64,000 nucleotides of DNA from Candidatus Eiseniibacteriota bacterium (lineage in GTDB: Bacteria > Eisenbacteria > RBG-16-71-46). Position 1 is the stretch's first letter. Every line of letters starts with the position of its first letter. Of this stretch, positions 1 to 9,922 are shown piece by piece. The translations under genes and the position numbers were made by a program. The notes under the pieces were generated by a model. It searched no databases and had not been told where the DNA came from. It saw only the letters and a list, made by a program, of their open reading frames with translations. The stretch spans positions 416,001-480,000 of the forward strand of contig CAVQXP010000004.1 of the NCBI GenBank assembly GCA_963717935.1. Reading direction: 5' to 3'.

Positions 1-773
1 CAGGCGTCGCCGAAGTAGGCGCGATAGTCCCGCTGCGCGTCCGCGCCCAGGCCCACCGTGAAGGCCTTCCTCTTGCCCAGGGAGGTGCCGCCGTAGAAGA
101 GCGCGTTCGCGGCCTCGAACGGCGTGAACGAGAGACGGCCGGCCATGCGGAAGGAGTTCTGCGCGAGGACCCCTCTCACGCCCTGCAGCAGGGCGGCGCG
201 ATACTCGAGGTGCTTGTCCCCCAGGATGCCGCGCGCCTGCATGCCCACGTCACGCCCGATCTTGGCCTTGAGCGGCGAGGACTCGATGAAGGTGAAGGGA
301 CCGTAGTCCAGCGCCAGCAGCGAGGCCGCGCTCTGCAGGTGGTTGTAGGCGGCCGGGGTGAGCAGGAGGCCGAAGTCCAGCAGGAGGGCGTCCTTCACCG
401 CCCAGGTCGCCATGAAGTCCTGCAGGTAGACGTCCGGCTCCGCCTTGAGGCCCGCGGCGTCCGCCTTGCCCCAGTTGGGGGCGTCGGTCTCGGCGAAGAA
501 GCTCAGGCGGTCGTTGATCTTGCCGCCCCAGAGCAGGCGGATGCGGCGCAGGTACAGGTTCTGGGAGGTGGTGGCATCGGAATCCGTGCCGATCGTCTCC
601 CACTCGGCCCTCCCTTGGAGCAGGTAGCCCAGCTTCAGGCTGGACTGCCCGTCCGGAGACGTGATCTGCCACTGCGCAAGGGCCGGAGCGGCCAGGACGA
701 CCGACAGGACGAGAGCGATGAAGCCGGCGCCTACACCGTACGTCGCGAGGCCGCGATTTGGACCACGGGGCAC
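1..773 (-). CDS. Outer-membrane porin, phosphate-selective porin O/P-like (3' end runs off the window)
   Basis: Not in the ORF track because it has no stop in the window. GTG at 773-771 follows an AAGGAGG RBS. Translation MPRGPNRGLATYGVGAGFIALVLSVVLAAPALAQWQITSPDGQSSLKLGYLLQGR...NLYLRRIRLLWGGKINDRLSFF...GRDVGMQARG gives a signal peptide plus the LRRxRL and GRDxG motifs typical of this porin family. Confidence 0.7.
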   Translation of the reverse strand, partial: MPRGPNRGLATYGVGAGFIALVLSVVLAAPALAQWQITSPDGQSSLKLGYLLQGRAEWETIGTDSDATTSQNLYLRRIRLLWGGKINDRLSFFAETDAPNWGKADAAGLKAEPDVYLQDFMATWAVKDALLLDFGLLLTPAAYNHLQSAASLLALDYGPFTFIESSPLKAKIGRDVGMQARGILGDKHLEYRAALLQGVRGVLAQNSFRMAGRLSFTPFEAANALFYGGTSLGKRKAFTVGLGADAQRDYRAYFGDA

Positions 774-959
774 TTCGACCTCCTTGAGCCAGTCGGCTCC
801 TTGGTGGACCTCCCGGTTGACCGAGGGTGAACGTGAGAACGACATCGGCGGCCGGAATACCCCGCCCCAGGCAACGGGCCCCCCGCCGGGTCGAGCGGCT
901 GCCCGGGCGGGGACGCGGGATGGCGGACACCCCCCGCGCGAGCAGCGCCGCGACTCCCC

Positions 960-3860
960 TTACACCGTCCGGCTCTCCGCCGCCTTCAACTCCAGCCACT
1001 GCACCCCCGCGGCCCACACGTCGGGGTCGAGGTTCGCGAGGCGCTCGTGGCGGTGTCGATGACAGGTCATCACGATGACCTGGTGGTCGCGCGCGAGGGT
1101 CCCGGCCAGCACGCGCATGCCGGCTCGCGCGCGTTCGTCGTCGCTGTTCGCGAAGACGTCGTCGAGCAGCAGCGGCAGCGGATTTCCGGGCTTCGAGAGG
1201 AACTCGCTGATCGCCAGCCGCACGGCCAGGTGAAGCTGGTCGCGTGCGCCGGTCGAGAGCTGGAGCAGCGCCTTGCCACGGGCCGACTGCTGGCCATCGC
1301 TCAACCGCAGCGAGAAGTCGAGATCCTCGCCGAAGCGCACCTGGTCCACCTGGGCGCCCATCGCGGCGAGCAGCTCGCCCACGCGCCGGTTGAGGAAGTC
1401 GGCCCAGCGCCGGTGGGTTTCGAGTGCCACCGCCTGGATCGTGGTCGCGGCCAGCTCCACGGAACGCTTGAAGCGCCGCGCCCGCTCCAGCGCCTGCTCG
1501 ATGCGCGCCTGCTCGGCCAGCAACTCGGGCTCGCGCGCGGCGGCCCGCCGCACCACTTCGTCCACCTGCTGGCGCAGATCGCCGCGCTTGCGCTGCACCA
1601 GCTCGATGATCTCGCGCTGGCTGCGCACCTCGCGGTCCAGGTCGAGCGCGGGGCGCGGCGCCCCTGCCGCCCCGGAGTCGAGCGGTCCGCCCGCCTCGGC
1701 CTCGAGCGCGGTCAACTGCGACTCGAGTTCCGAGACCTCGGCGGTGTCGCCGGTCCGCTGCTCGGCCTGCGGGATCAGCTCGTCGGTGAGCAGCGCCAGG
1801 CGCGCGCGCAGCCGCGAGCGCTCGGCCAGATCCCTCACGTGCTCGCTCCACGGCAACCCGGGGTCGTACGAGAGCCCCGCGAGCTGCAGGATGCGCATCG
1901 CCCGCTCGTGCAGCCCCGCCACGGTCGCCTCGTCGAGGCGCTTCTCCTCGTCCACCCACGACCAGCTCTTCTCGAGCTCGGCCAGGCTCTGCCGCACCGC
2001 CGCCATGTGCCGGATGCCAGCCGCCACGCTGTCGAGGTGGGCCGGATCCGGCGGGCCGCCACCCGCGCGGTCGAGGCGCTCGCGCACCTCGGCCAGGACC
2101 TCGAAACGGCGGGTCTCGAGCGTCTCCACCTGATCCTGCGTGCGCTGGACCGGGTTCGACTCGTCCTGCATGCGCTGGTACTCGTTCCAGTCGCGCATCA
2201 GCTCGACCGCGTCGCGGCAGCCCAGCGTGCCTGCCAGTTCCTCGAGCCCGACCTCGGCCTCGGCTCGCTGGGTCCGGAGCGAGTTGATCCGCCGCTGCGC
2301 CTCGGTCAGCTGGCGCAGGGTCCGCTCGCGCTCGCCGCGCCGCGCGCCCTCGGCGAGCGCGACCAGCACCACGCCGAGCAGGCCGAGCAGCAGGCCACCC
2401 CCGAGCAGCGTCAGGCCCATGCGCAGGTCGCCCCGGACGCCGAACAGCACGCTGCCGGCGATCGCCGCCCCCACGCCGAGCGCCGCGAGGAACCAGCCCG
2501 GCAGCTTGCGCCCGGCTCGGTGCGCGTCGATCTGGCGCAGGGTCTCGGTGTTCCCGGTGCGTGTCTGCTCGAGATCGGCGACCTCGGTCTGGAAGGCGAG
2601 CGCCAGAGCGGCCTGCCCACCGAGCAGCGACTGCTGCTCCTCCGTCAGCGAGCCGAAGCGCGCGGCCAGGGTCTCGACACGCGTGGGCTCGTAGCCCCGC
2701 TGGCCGAGCGAATCGCGCAGGCCGGCGACCTCCCCGCGCAGCCGCTCCTCGTCCTCTGCCAGCCGGCGCAGTTCCGCCGCCAGCGCCACCAGACGGTCGG
2801 CGTCCTCGGTCGAGCAGCCCTCGTAAGCCTTGAGGCTCTCGAGCGTCGTCTCCAACTCCCCCCGCCGCCGGCTCTGCTCCTCCTGACGCCGCGCGTCGCG
2901 TGCGGCCAGATTCTTCAGGGCCTCCTCGTGCTTCACGATGGTCTCGCGCAGGTCGGCCTCGGCGTTGGCCGGCAGGTGCCCGTACGGCGCGAGCGTCTCG
3001 GCCTCGGCCTGCAGCTGCGCGAGCGCTTCGCGACGCCCGCGATGCTCCTCCAGCCGGCGTACGAGGTCGCCCACCACGGTGGCGCGCCGCTCGGCATCGA
3101 GCCGCGCGATCGCTTCACGCGCAGCCTGTTCCTCGGCTCCGAGCCGCGCGAGCTCCTCGAGCGGACCGGCGACCTGCAGACGGTCGTGTTCGAGCGTCTT
3201 GAGCTCGCTCGCAAGGGTCTCGCGCTTGAGCTCCAGGCGCGAGATGGCGTTCTCCACCGTGCCGGTGAAGTCCACCTCGTCGGTGTTGTACTTGCGCAGC
3301 GCGCCCTGCAGCACCTGCAGCGCCTCCACCGCGTTCGTGTCGCCCCCGCGCGTGTCGGCGGCGCTCTCGAGCCGCGCCTGCAGCGTGCCGCCGCGCCGCG
3401 CCTTCTCGTCGCCGGGAACCACCTGGTCGAGTTCACCCTGCCGCACCAGCGCGCACTTCTCGAACTCGTCGGCGTCGAGGCCGAGGAGCTTCTTCCCCAC
3501 CGGGAAGCTCTCCTTGCCCTCGCGGAACGAGGCCGTGACCTCCAGGCCGCGGTCGTCCCAGACCTCGACCGTTCCGCGTTCGAAGTCGCGTTTCACCGTG
3601 TAGACGTCGCCCTCGCACTCGAGTTCCAGTTCGACGCGGTAGGAGCCGCCGTCCCACGGGCGCCAGCGGTCCACCGGCGTGATCACCTTGTGGCTGCGGC
3701 GGTCGCCCTCGAGCCCGTAGAGCGCGGCCGAGATGGCGGCCAGCAGGCTCGACTTGCCGGTCTCGTTGCGGTCCACGACCAGCGTGACGCGGCTGCGGTT
3801 GAAATGGTACTCGCCACGCAGCGGTCCGAAGCCGTCCACCCGGAGTCTCAGGAGCCTCAT
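960..3860 (-). CDS. SMC/Rad50-like ABC ATPase, YhaN/SbcE (AAA_27)-type, 966 aa
   Basis: True start MRLLRLRVDGFGPL at 3860 overlaps the upstream stop (ATGA). Walker A RNETGKSS, long coiled coils, signature LSTGARDQ, Walker B LLLDD, H-loop MTCH, central hydrophobic hairpin. Confidence 0.88.
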   Translation of the reverse strand: MRLLRLRVDGFGPLRGEYHFNRSRVTLVVDRNETGKSSLLAAISAALYGLEGDRRSHKVITPVDRWRPWDGGSYRVELELECEGDVYTVKRDFERGTVEVWDDRGLEVTASFREGKESFPVGKKLLGLDADEFEKCALVRQGELDQVVPGDEKARRGGTLQARLESAADTRGGDTNAVEALQVLQGALRKYNTDEVDFTGTVENAISRLELKRETLASELKTLEHDRLQVAGPLEELARLGAEEQAAREAIARLDAERRATVVGDLVRRLEEHRGRREALAQLQAEAETLAPYGHLPANAEADLRETIVKHEEALKNLAARDARRQEEQSRRRGELETTLESLKAYEGCSTEDADRLVALAAELRRLAEDEERLRGEVAGLRDSLGQRGYEPTRVETLAARFGSLTEEQQSLLGGQAALALAFQTEVADLEQTRTGNTETLRQIDAHRAGRKLPGWFLAALGVGAAIAGSVLFGVRGDLRMGLTLLGGGLLLGLLGVVLVALAEGARRGERERTLRQLTEAQRRINSLRTQRAEAEVGLEELAGTLGCRDAVELMRDWNEYQRMQDESNPVQRTQDQVETLETRRFEVLAEVRERLDRAGGGPPDPAHLDSVAAGIRHMAAVRQSLAELEKSWSWVDEEKRLDEATVAGLHERAMRILQLAGLSYDPGLPWSEHVRDLAERSRLRARLALLTDELIPQAEQRTGDTAEVSELESQLTALEAEAGGPLDSGAAGAPRPALDLDREVRSQREIIELVQRKRGDLRQQVDEVVRRAAAREPELLAEQARIEQALERARRFKRSVELAATTIQAVALETHRRWADFLNRRVGELLAAMGAQVDQVRFGEDLDFSLRLSDGQQSARGKALLQLSTGARDQLHLAVRLAISEFLSKPGNPLPLLLDDVFANSDDERARAGMRVLAGTLARDHQVIVMTCHRHRHERLANLDPDVWAAGVQWLELKAAESRTV

Positions 3861-5077
3861 GCGCCGAGCTCCTCGTAGGCGGGCACGACCTCGTGCAGAC
3901 GGAATGCGTCGAGCCCGTAGAACAGGGCACCCTCCAGGTCCGCGCGGCGCGCGGGGTCGGTCTCGGAGTCGAGCTGCTCGAGCAGCGCGCGTGCGAAGCG
4001 GTCCTCGGTGGTGACCGGGTCGAGCGCGCGCAGCGCCGCGAGGTCGTAGTCGGGACGCAGGGCGCGCGAATCGAGGCGCAGATGGAAGGCGCGCGGCCGC
4101 AGCTCCGGCCCGGGCACCGTGTAGCGCACACCGCGCGCGAGCCGGCCGGCAAGGCGCACCACCACGAGGTCCGCATCGCCGGTACCGGCCTGGTCGAGCG
4201 CGCGCAGCACGCGGTGGTCCACCTGCTCGGCGGAGGTGGCACCCGTCACCTCCACCCTGACATCGTAGACGCGCCGCCGGTCCAGCTCGATGAACTCGAG
4301 CTCGGCGCGGACCGGCCCCGCGCCCGTGGTGAGGCGGACCTCGTACGCCCCGTGCCGGCCCAGTTCGCTCACATCCAGCGAGATCGCGGCACCCGCGTTC
4401 GCGAGCCGCGCGCTGCCGTCGGATTCGAGACTCCCCGGCGTATGGATGTGGCCCACCGCGAGGTAGTCGAAGGGCGAGGCCAGCACTTCGGCATCGGAGA
4501 AGGGCGCCACCGGCTTCTGGCCGGGCGGGAGGAATCCCTCGCGCGAACCGTGGAAGACCGCGACGTTCGCTCCCTCGGCCCCCGCGGCGGCCAGCGGCAG
4601 GAGCGCCTCGCGCGCGAGCGGTCGCGCTGCCGACTCCACGCCCTGGATCGAGCAGCGGCCCCAGATGCGGACCGCGTCGACGCCCGAAAGCGGCACCGCC
4701 GTCCACTCGGGTGAGTCGAAGACATGCACGTGCGCCGGCCAGGCGAAGCCGCGCGCCTTGAGCAGCGCCGGGTTCCAGTACGGACTCGTGGTCGAGCAGG
4801 GATCGTGGTTGCCGGGCGCGATGAAGACCGGCGGGCAGCCGTTCACGCCGAAGGCGTGCACCGCGAAGGCGAGCGTGTCGGCGTCCACGTAGTCGAGGTC
4901 GAACAGGTCGCCCGGCACGAGGATGGCGTGCGCGCCACGCTCGATCGCCTGGCGCACGGACAGGTCGAGCGCGCGGCGTTGGTCGCTGCGCCGGTCGGCG
5001 CGCTTGTCCGGGGGCAGCCAGCCGAAGGGACGACCGAGATGAAGATCGGAGACCTGCAGGAAGCGGATCACGGTCAT
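3857..5077 (-). CDS. Mre11/SbcD-like DNA repair metallophosphoesterase (YhaO-type)
   Basis: Motifs SDLHLG, GDLFD, GNHD, FHG, GHIH. RBS GAAGGAG before ATG 5077. Coupled to the SMC ATPase. Confidence 0.9.
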   Translation of the reverse strand: MTVIRFLQVSDLHLGRPFGWLPPDKRADRRSDQRRALDLSVRQAIERGAHAILVPGDLFDLDYVDADTLAFAVHAFGVNGCPPVFIAPGNHDPCSTTSPYWNPALLKARGFAWPAHVHVFDSPEWTAVPLSGVDAVRIWGRCSIQGVESAARPLAREALLPLAAAGAEGANVAVFHGSREGFLPPGQKPVAPFSDAEVLASPFDYLAVGHIHTPGSLESDGSARLANAGAAISLDVSELGRHGAYEVRLTTGAGPVRAELEFIELDRRRVYDVRVEVTGATSAEQVDHRVLRALDQAGTGDADLVVVRLAGRLARGVRYTVPGPELRPRAFHLRLDSRALRPDYDLAALRALDPVTTEDRFARALLEQLDSETDPARRADLEGALFYGLDAFRLHEVVPAYEELGA

Positions 5078-5313
5078 GCGCTGGGGACTCCTTCCCGTGG
5101 CGCGTCGAGGATGAACCCGGGACTGCAGCACCGGCACCGGGCGTGGCCAACCTATCAGGAAGGATGCGGCCGGGCAATGAGTTGGATGCGCGCCGGACGC
5201 CGGGCCCGCACGCGACCGGCGCGCGCGGACACCGGGGCGGACCCGGGCGGGTGGTTCGCCGCCGGCCCGCTGGCGGCGCGCGCGGACACCGGGCTAGGAT
5301 GTGCGCCGCCACC

Positions 5314-6054
5314 ATGTTCCAGCCCACTCCCACCGCCGCCCCCGTCGCCGAGATCGAGCGCCGCCTCCGCTGGCGGGTGCTCGCGGTCGGCGGCTTCCTC
5401 GCGCTCATGGTGATGCTCGCCGTGATCGCGGCGGTCTCGGTGCTGGTCCCGGCGCGCATCGTCACCGGCCTGCCCGACGACGCGGACGTGACCGCAGCAA
5501 GCGCGGTCCTGCGCGCCCGCCTGCCCATGCGCGCGGGGACCCTGCGGTTCCGCTCGGCGCTCGCCGGCGAAGCCCCCCGGGGCGCGATCTTCGACGCCGA
5601 CCGGGACCGGCTCGCCGAACGCGCGGCCCTGCTGCTCGAGCGTGCCCGCACGCGGCACCGGGGCGACCCGCGCCTCGACGTGGCGCTCGCCCACCTCGAC
5701 CTCGCGCGCCAGCGCTACGCCCTCGCCGAGCGCCGCTACCGCGCGGTGACCGACCGGGGCGTGGACTCGCCCGAGGCGCGTCTCGGGCTGGGCGTGGCGC
5801 TGGCCCTCCAGGCGGACGCCGAGCGCGAGCCGCTGCGCTCTCGCGCGCTGCGGCTCGAGGCGATCGCGCAGTTCGTGGCCGTGGACCCGCGCGACCCGGC
5901 GTTCGGGCCCGCGCTCTACGACCGCGCGCTGCTGCTCGACCAGGTCGGCCGCCGCGCCGAGGCCCTGCGCGCGGCGCGCGAATACGCCGCGCGCGACTCC
6001 GTCAGCCCCTGGGCCGCGCAACTGAGACGGGAACTGCGGGACACGGCGGACTGA
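5314..6054 (+). CDS. Membrane-anchored TPR-like protein
   Basis: N-terminal TM segment (VLAVGGFLALMVMLAVIAAVSVLV), then TPR-like helices (EARLGLGVAL, ALYDRALLLDQVGRRAEA). Start could be 5299. Confidence 0.65.
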   Translation: MFQPTPTAAPVAEIERRLRWRVLAVGGFLALMVMLAVIAAVSVLVPARIVTGLPDDADVTAASAVLRARLPMRAGTLRFRSALAGEAPRGAIFDADRDRLAERAALLLERARTRHRGDPRLDVALAHLDLARQRYALAERRYRAVTDRGVDSPEARLGLGVALALQADAEREPLRSRALRLEAIAQFVAVDPRDPAFGPALYDRALLLDQVGRRAEALRAAREYAARDSVSPWAAQLRRELRDTAD

Positions 6055-6170
6055 CGTTCCCCGCGAGGCCTGGCTCGACCGGGCCCGCCGGTCCTCGTCG
6101 CAGCAGCCGAACGTCCGCGGCCACCCCGCGGGAGGCCGCCAGACCCGGTGTCGTGCCGGGGCCACGCACG

Positions 6171-6235
6171 CGAAGACCTCCGTCCGTGGAGAAGGGCTGG
6201 CTGAACCCAGCCCTTCCACCACGCGGAGGTCTTCG
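6171..6235. terminator. Long interrupted hairpin between convergent genes
   Basis: CGAAGACCTCCG (6171-6182) pairs with CGGAGGTCTTCG (6224-6235); GAAGGGCTGG (6191-6200) pairs with CCAGCCCTTC (6207-6216). Confidence 0.65.
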
Positions 6236-6266
6236 TCTTACCTGCGACTCAGCAGAACGACAAGAA

Positions 6267-7673
<1,407 letters not shown>

Positions 7674-7809
7674 GGTCTACCCCCTCCTGGTGGTTTCGCG
7701 GCGCCGGACTCCCCATGGGCGCCCGCAGACCGTCAGACGACGGTCGCAACGCGGCCCACCTCCCGTCTCGATGGCGGAACGAATAAGAACCCGGTCACAC
7801 GCGCCTGCG

Positions 7810-7839
7810 ATTCTAGCTTCCCTCCCGGCCTTCGTCCAA
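7810..7839 (-). promoter_or_regulatory. Candidate sigma70 promoter of the S8 protease
   Basis: Minus strand TTGGAC-N18-TAGAAT about 135 nt upstream of the ATG. Confidence 0.45.
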
Positions 7840-8004
7840 GGGTTTTTCCCCCCACGCCGGCCCGCCGGGCGCCGCTACCGCGCGGCGACCGAGCGGGACG
7901 TGGACCCGCCCGGAACGCCCAAAGCGCCGCGCGCGAGCCCGTCAGTCCCCGGGCGGGGCGGCCGAGTCGGGAACCGGGGACCACAGGGGGACCGGGGTGG
8001 AAAC

Positions 8005-9807
8005 TCAGCGCGGCGCTCCGCCCCTTCGCCGCTCGGCCTGCATGCGCTCGATCTCCCCCAGGACGGCGCGGCTCTCGGGGTTGCCCGGGTCGCGCCGCAG
8101 CAGCGCCAGGACCGCGCGGTGCGCCTCGTCCAGTTCGCCGAGCCGCAGCGAGACGACGCCATAGCCCTGCCAGGCGACGACGTTCGACGAGTCCCGCGCG
8201 ATCGCGCGCAGGTAGACCCGCTGCGCCGCGCGCAGGTCACCGCGCATGGTCTCGGCCATGCCCCACTGCGTGAGCACGCGCGTGCTCGGCTGCGTCTCGG
8301 CGGCGCGCCCGAAGGCCGTGGCCGCATCGTCCCAGCGCTCGCGGTTGAAGTTGCGCACGCCCACGTAGTCCCAGGTCCTGCCGCGTTCCTCGGGGCCGCG
8401 GGACGGAGGCTCGGTCATCAGCGCCGTGACGCGCACGAGCCCGCGGTCCACGTCGGTCTGGTGCGCGAGCCACTGCACGCTGGGCGCCGCCGCCGCGAGC
8501 GCCAGGGCGACGCCGACCCAGGCGAACGCCGGTGCGCGCCGCAGGGTCTCGCCCACGAGCCACGCCGCGAGCAGGGCGACCGTGATGCCCGCCTCCGACA
8601 GGGTGTCGTAGTCACGGAACACGCCCTGCCACGGGTGGACGAAGAGCAGCAACCCGAGGAAGGGGACGGCGAGCGTGATGAGCAGCGCGGCCTCGCGCCC
8701 GCGCGGGAGCCGCCGGCCCCAGGCCAGCGCCACCAGCAGCAGGACGGGCGCCAGCGGCGCGAGCAGCACCACCACGTTGGGCAGGTCCACGGCCCGGGTG
8801 CCGGCGAACATCGAGGCGAGCAGCCCGCCCTGTGCCTTCACCTCGGGCGAGGCCAGGTGCATGCCGGGATCGAAGCGCGTGAACGTCCTCACGATGCGGC
8901 CGAGCGTGAGCGTGAAGGCCAGCACCGGCAGACCGGCCGCCACCCAGACCGCGGGGGCCCGCACCGCGGCGGGCCTCGCGTGCAGCGCGAGCGCGAACGC
9001 CAGGAGCACCGCCGGGACGAAGCCCACCACCGAGCGGTGGAGGAAGGCGCCGAGCGCGAGGGTCACGCCGAGCGCGAGCAACCCGCGACGGGAGCCCGCG
9101 GCGCTCGGGTCGCACGCCGCGCGCAGACCGAACGTGGCCACCGCGACGGCCAGCAGCACCATCTCCCCGTTGACCTTGCTGTAGCCGGTGTAGAGGCCGA
9201 GGTAGCCGCCGAAGAAGACGGCCGCGGCGACCACCAGCGCGCCCGTGCCGCGCAGGGCCAGCGCGCGCGCGAAGGCGAGCGCGAGCAGGGCGAGCAACGC
9301 GGCCTCCAGGGCGCCAAGGGCCCGCGGCGCCCAGTTCAGGTCGAGCCGGCCCGCGCCCATGAGCCGGGTCGGCAGGTCGACGTGGAGGAACGCGTCCAGG
9401 GGCATCGCCTGCGGGAAGATCACGGCCGCGGGGCCGGCCTCGTCGATGGCGCCCTGGCGCAGCTGGAAGTCGCCCACGAAGCGCACCTGGTCCGGCAGGG
9501 CGGACACGAGGAGCGCCGCGCAGGCGACCGCCACGAGCGTCGCCACCCACGAGCCGCTGGCGATCGCCTCGCCGGCGCGGCGGAACGCCGGCTCCACGCG
9601 GCGGGCGAGCGGCGGCACGAGCGCGAGCGCGGCGAGCACCCACGGCGCCCACGCCCACCACGGCGCGAGGAAGCGCTGCAGGTTGAGGCTCCAGCCGTAC
9701 ATGTTCGGCACGAAGGCGAGCGCCGCGCGGGCCAGCACGAGCAGCACCAGCGCCACCCAGAGCGCGAGCGCCGCGCGCCGGGGCGCCCGGTCGGGCGCGT
9801 GCTCCAT
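8005..9807 (-). CDS. Polytopic membrane protein with C-terminal TPRs (possible GT-C fold glycosyltransferase)
   Basis: More than 10 hydrophobic segments, loop motifs VGDF and RDYD, C-terminal TPRs (AWQGYGVVSLRLGELDEA). The GT-C assignment is inference. Confidence 0.6.
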   Translation of the reverse strand: MEHAPDRAPRRAALALWVALVLLVLARAALAFVPNMYGWSLNLQRFLAPWWAWAPWVLAALALVPPLARRVEPAFRRAGEAIASGSWVATLVAVACAALLVSALPDQVRFVGDFQLRQGAIDEAGPAAVIFPQAMPLDAFLHVDLPTRLMGAGRLDLNWAPRALGALEAALLALLALAFARALALRGTGALVVAAAVFFGGYLGLYTGYSKVNGEMVLLAVAVATFGLRAACDPSAAGSRRGLLALGVTLALGAFLHRSVVGFVPAVLLAFALALHARPAAVRAPAVWVAAGLPVLAFTLTLGRIVRTFTRFDPGMHLASPEVKAQGGLLASMFAGTRAVDLPNVVVLLAPLAPVLLLVALAWGRRLPRGREAALLITLAVPFLGLLLFVHPWQGVFRDYDTLSEAGITVALLAAWLVGETLRRAPAFAWVGVALALAAAAPSVQWLAHQTDVDRGLVRVTALMTEPPSRGPEERGRTWDYVGVRNFNRERWDDAATAFGRAAETQPSTRVLTQWGMAETMRGDLRAAQRVYLRAIARDSSNVVAWQGYGVVSLRLGELDEAHRAVLALLRRDPGNPESRAVLGEIERMQAERRRGGAPR

Positions 9808-9922
9808 CACGCCGTGCGCGCGCGCGGTGGACCGCCGGGCGTCACGCGCGTCGGGACGTCGCGGCGCTCTGCGCTCGTCCGAACGCCTCGGCGTTCCGCG
9901 CTCGTCCGCCGGCCGCCCCGCC

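Noticed and set aside
960..5077. Wadjet or Lamassu anti-plasmid defence system
   Set aside because: No JetA/B/D or Lamassu partner genes are adjacent. The pair fits YhaO/YhaN-type SbcDC.
960..5651. 1563-aa ORF as one giant SMC protein
   Set aside because: The first about 600 residues are stop-free GC-rich read-through overlapping the phosphoesterase in another frame. The real start is the ATGA-coupled ATG at 3860.
9862..9910. Two imperfect 20-nt direct repeats (CGGCGCTCTGCGCTCGTCCG / CGGCGTTCCGCGCTCGTCCG) as a mini-CRISPR
   Set aside because: Only two copies, a spacer under 10 nt, and no cas genes.
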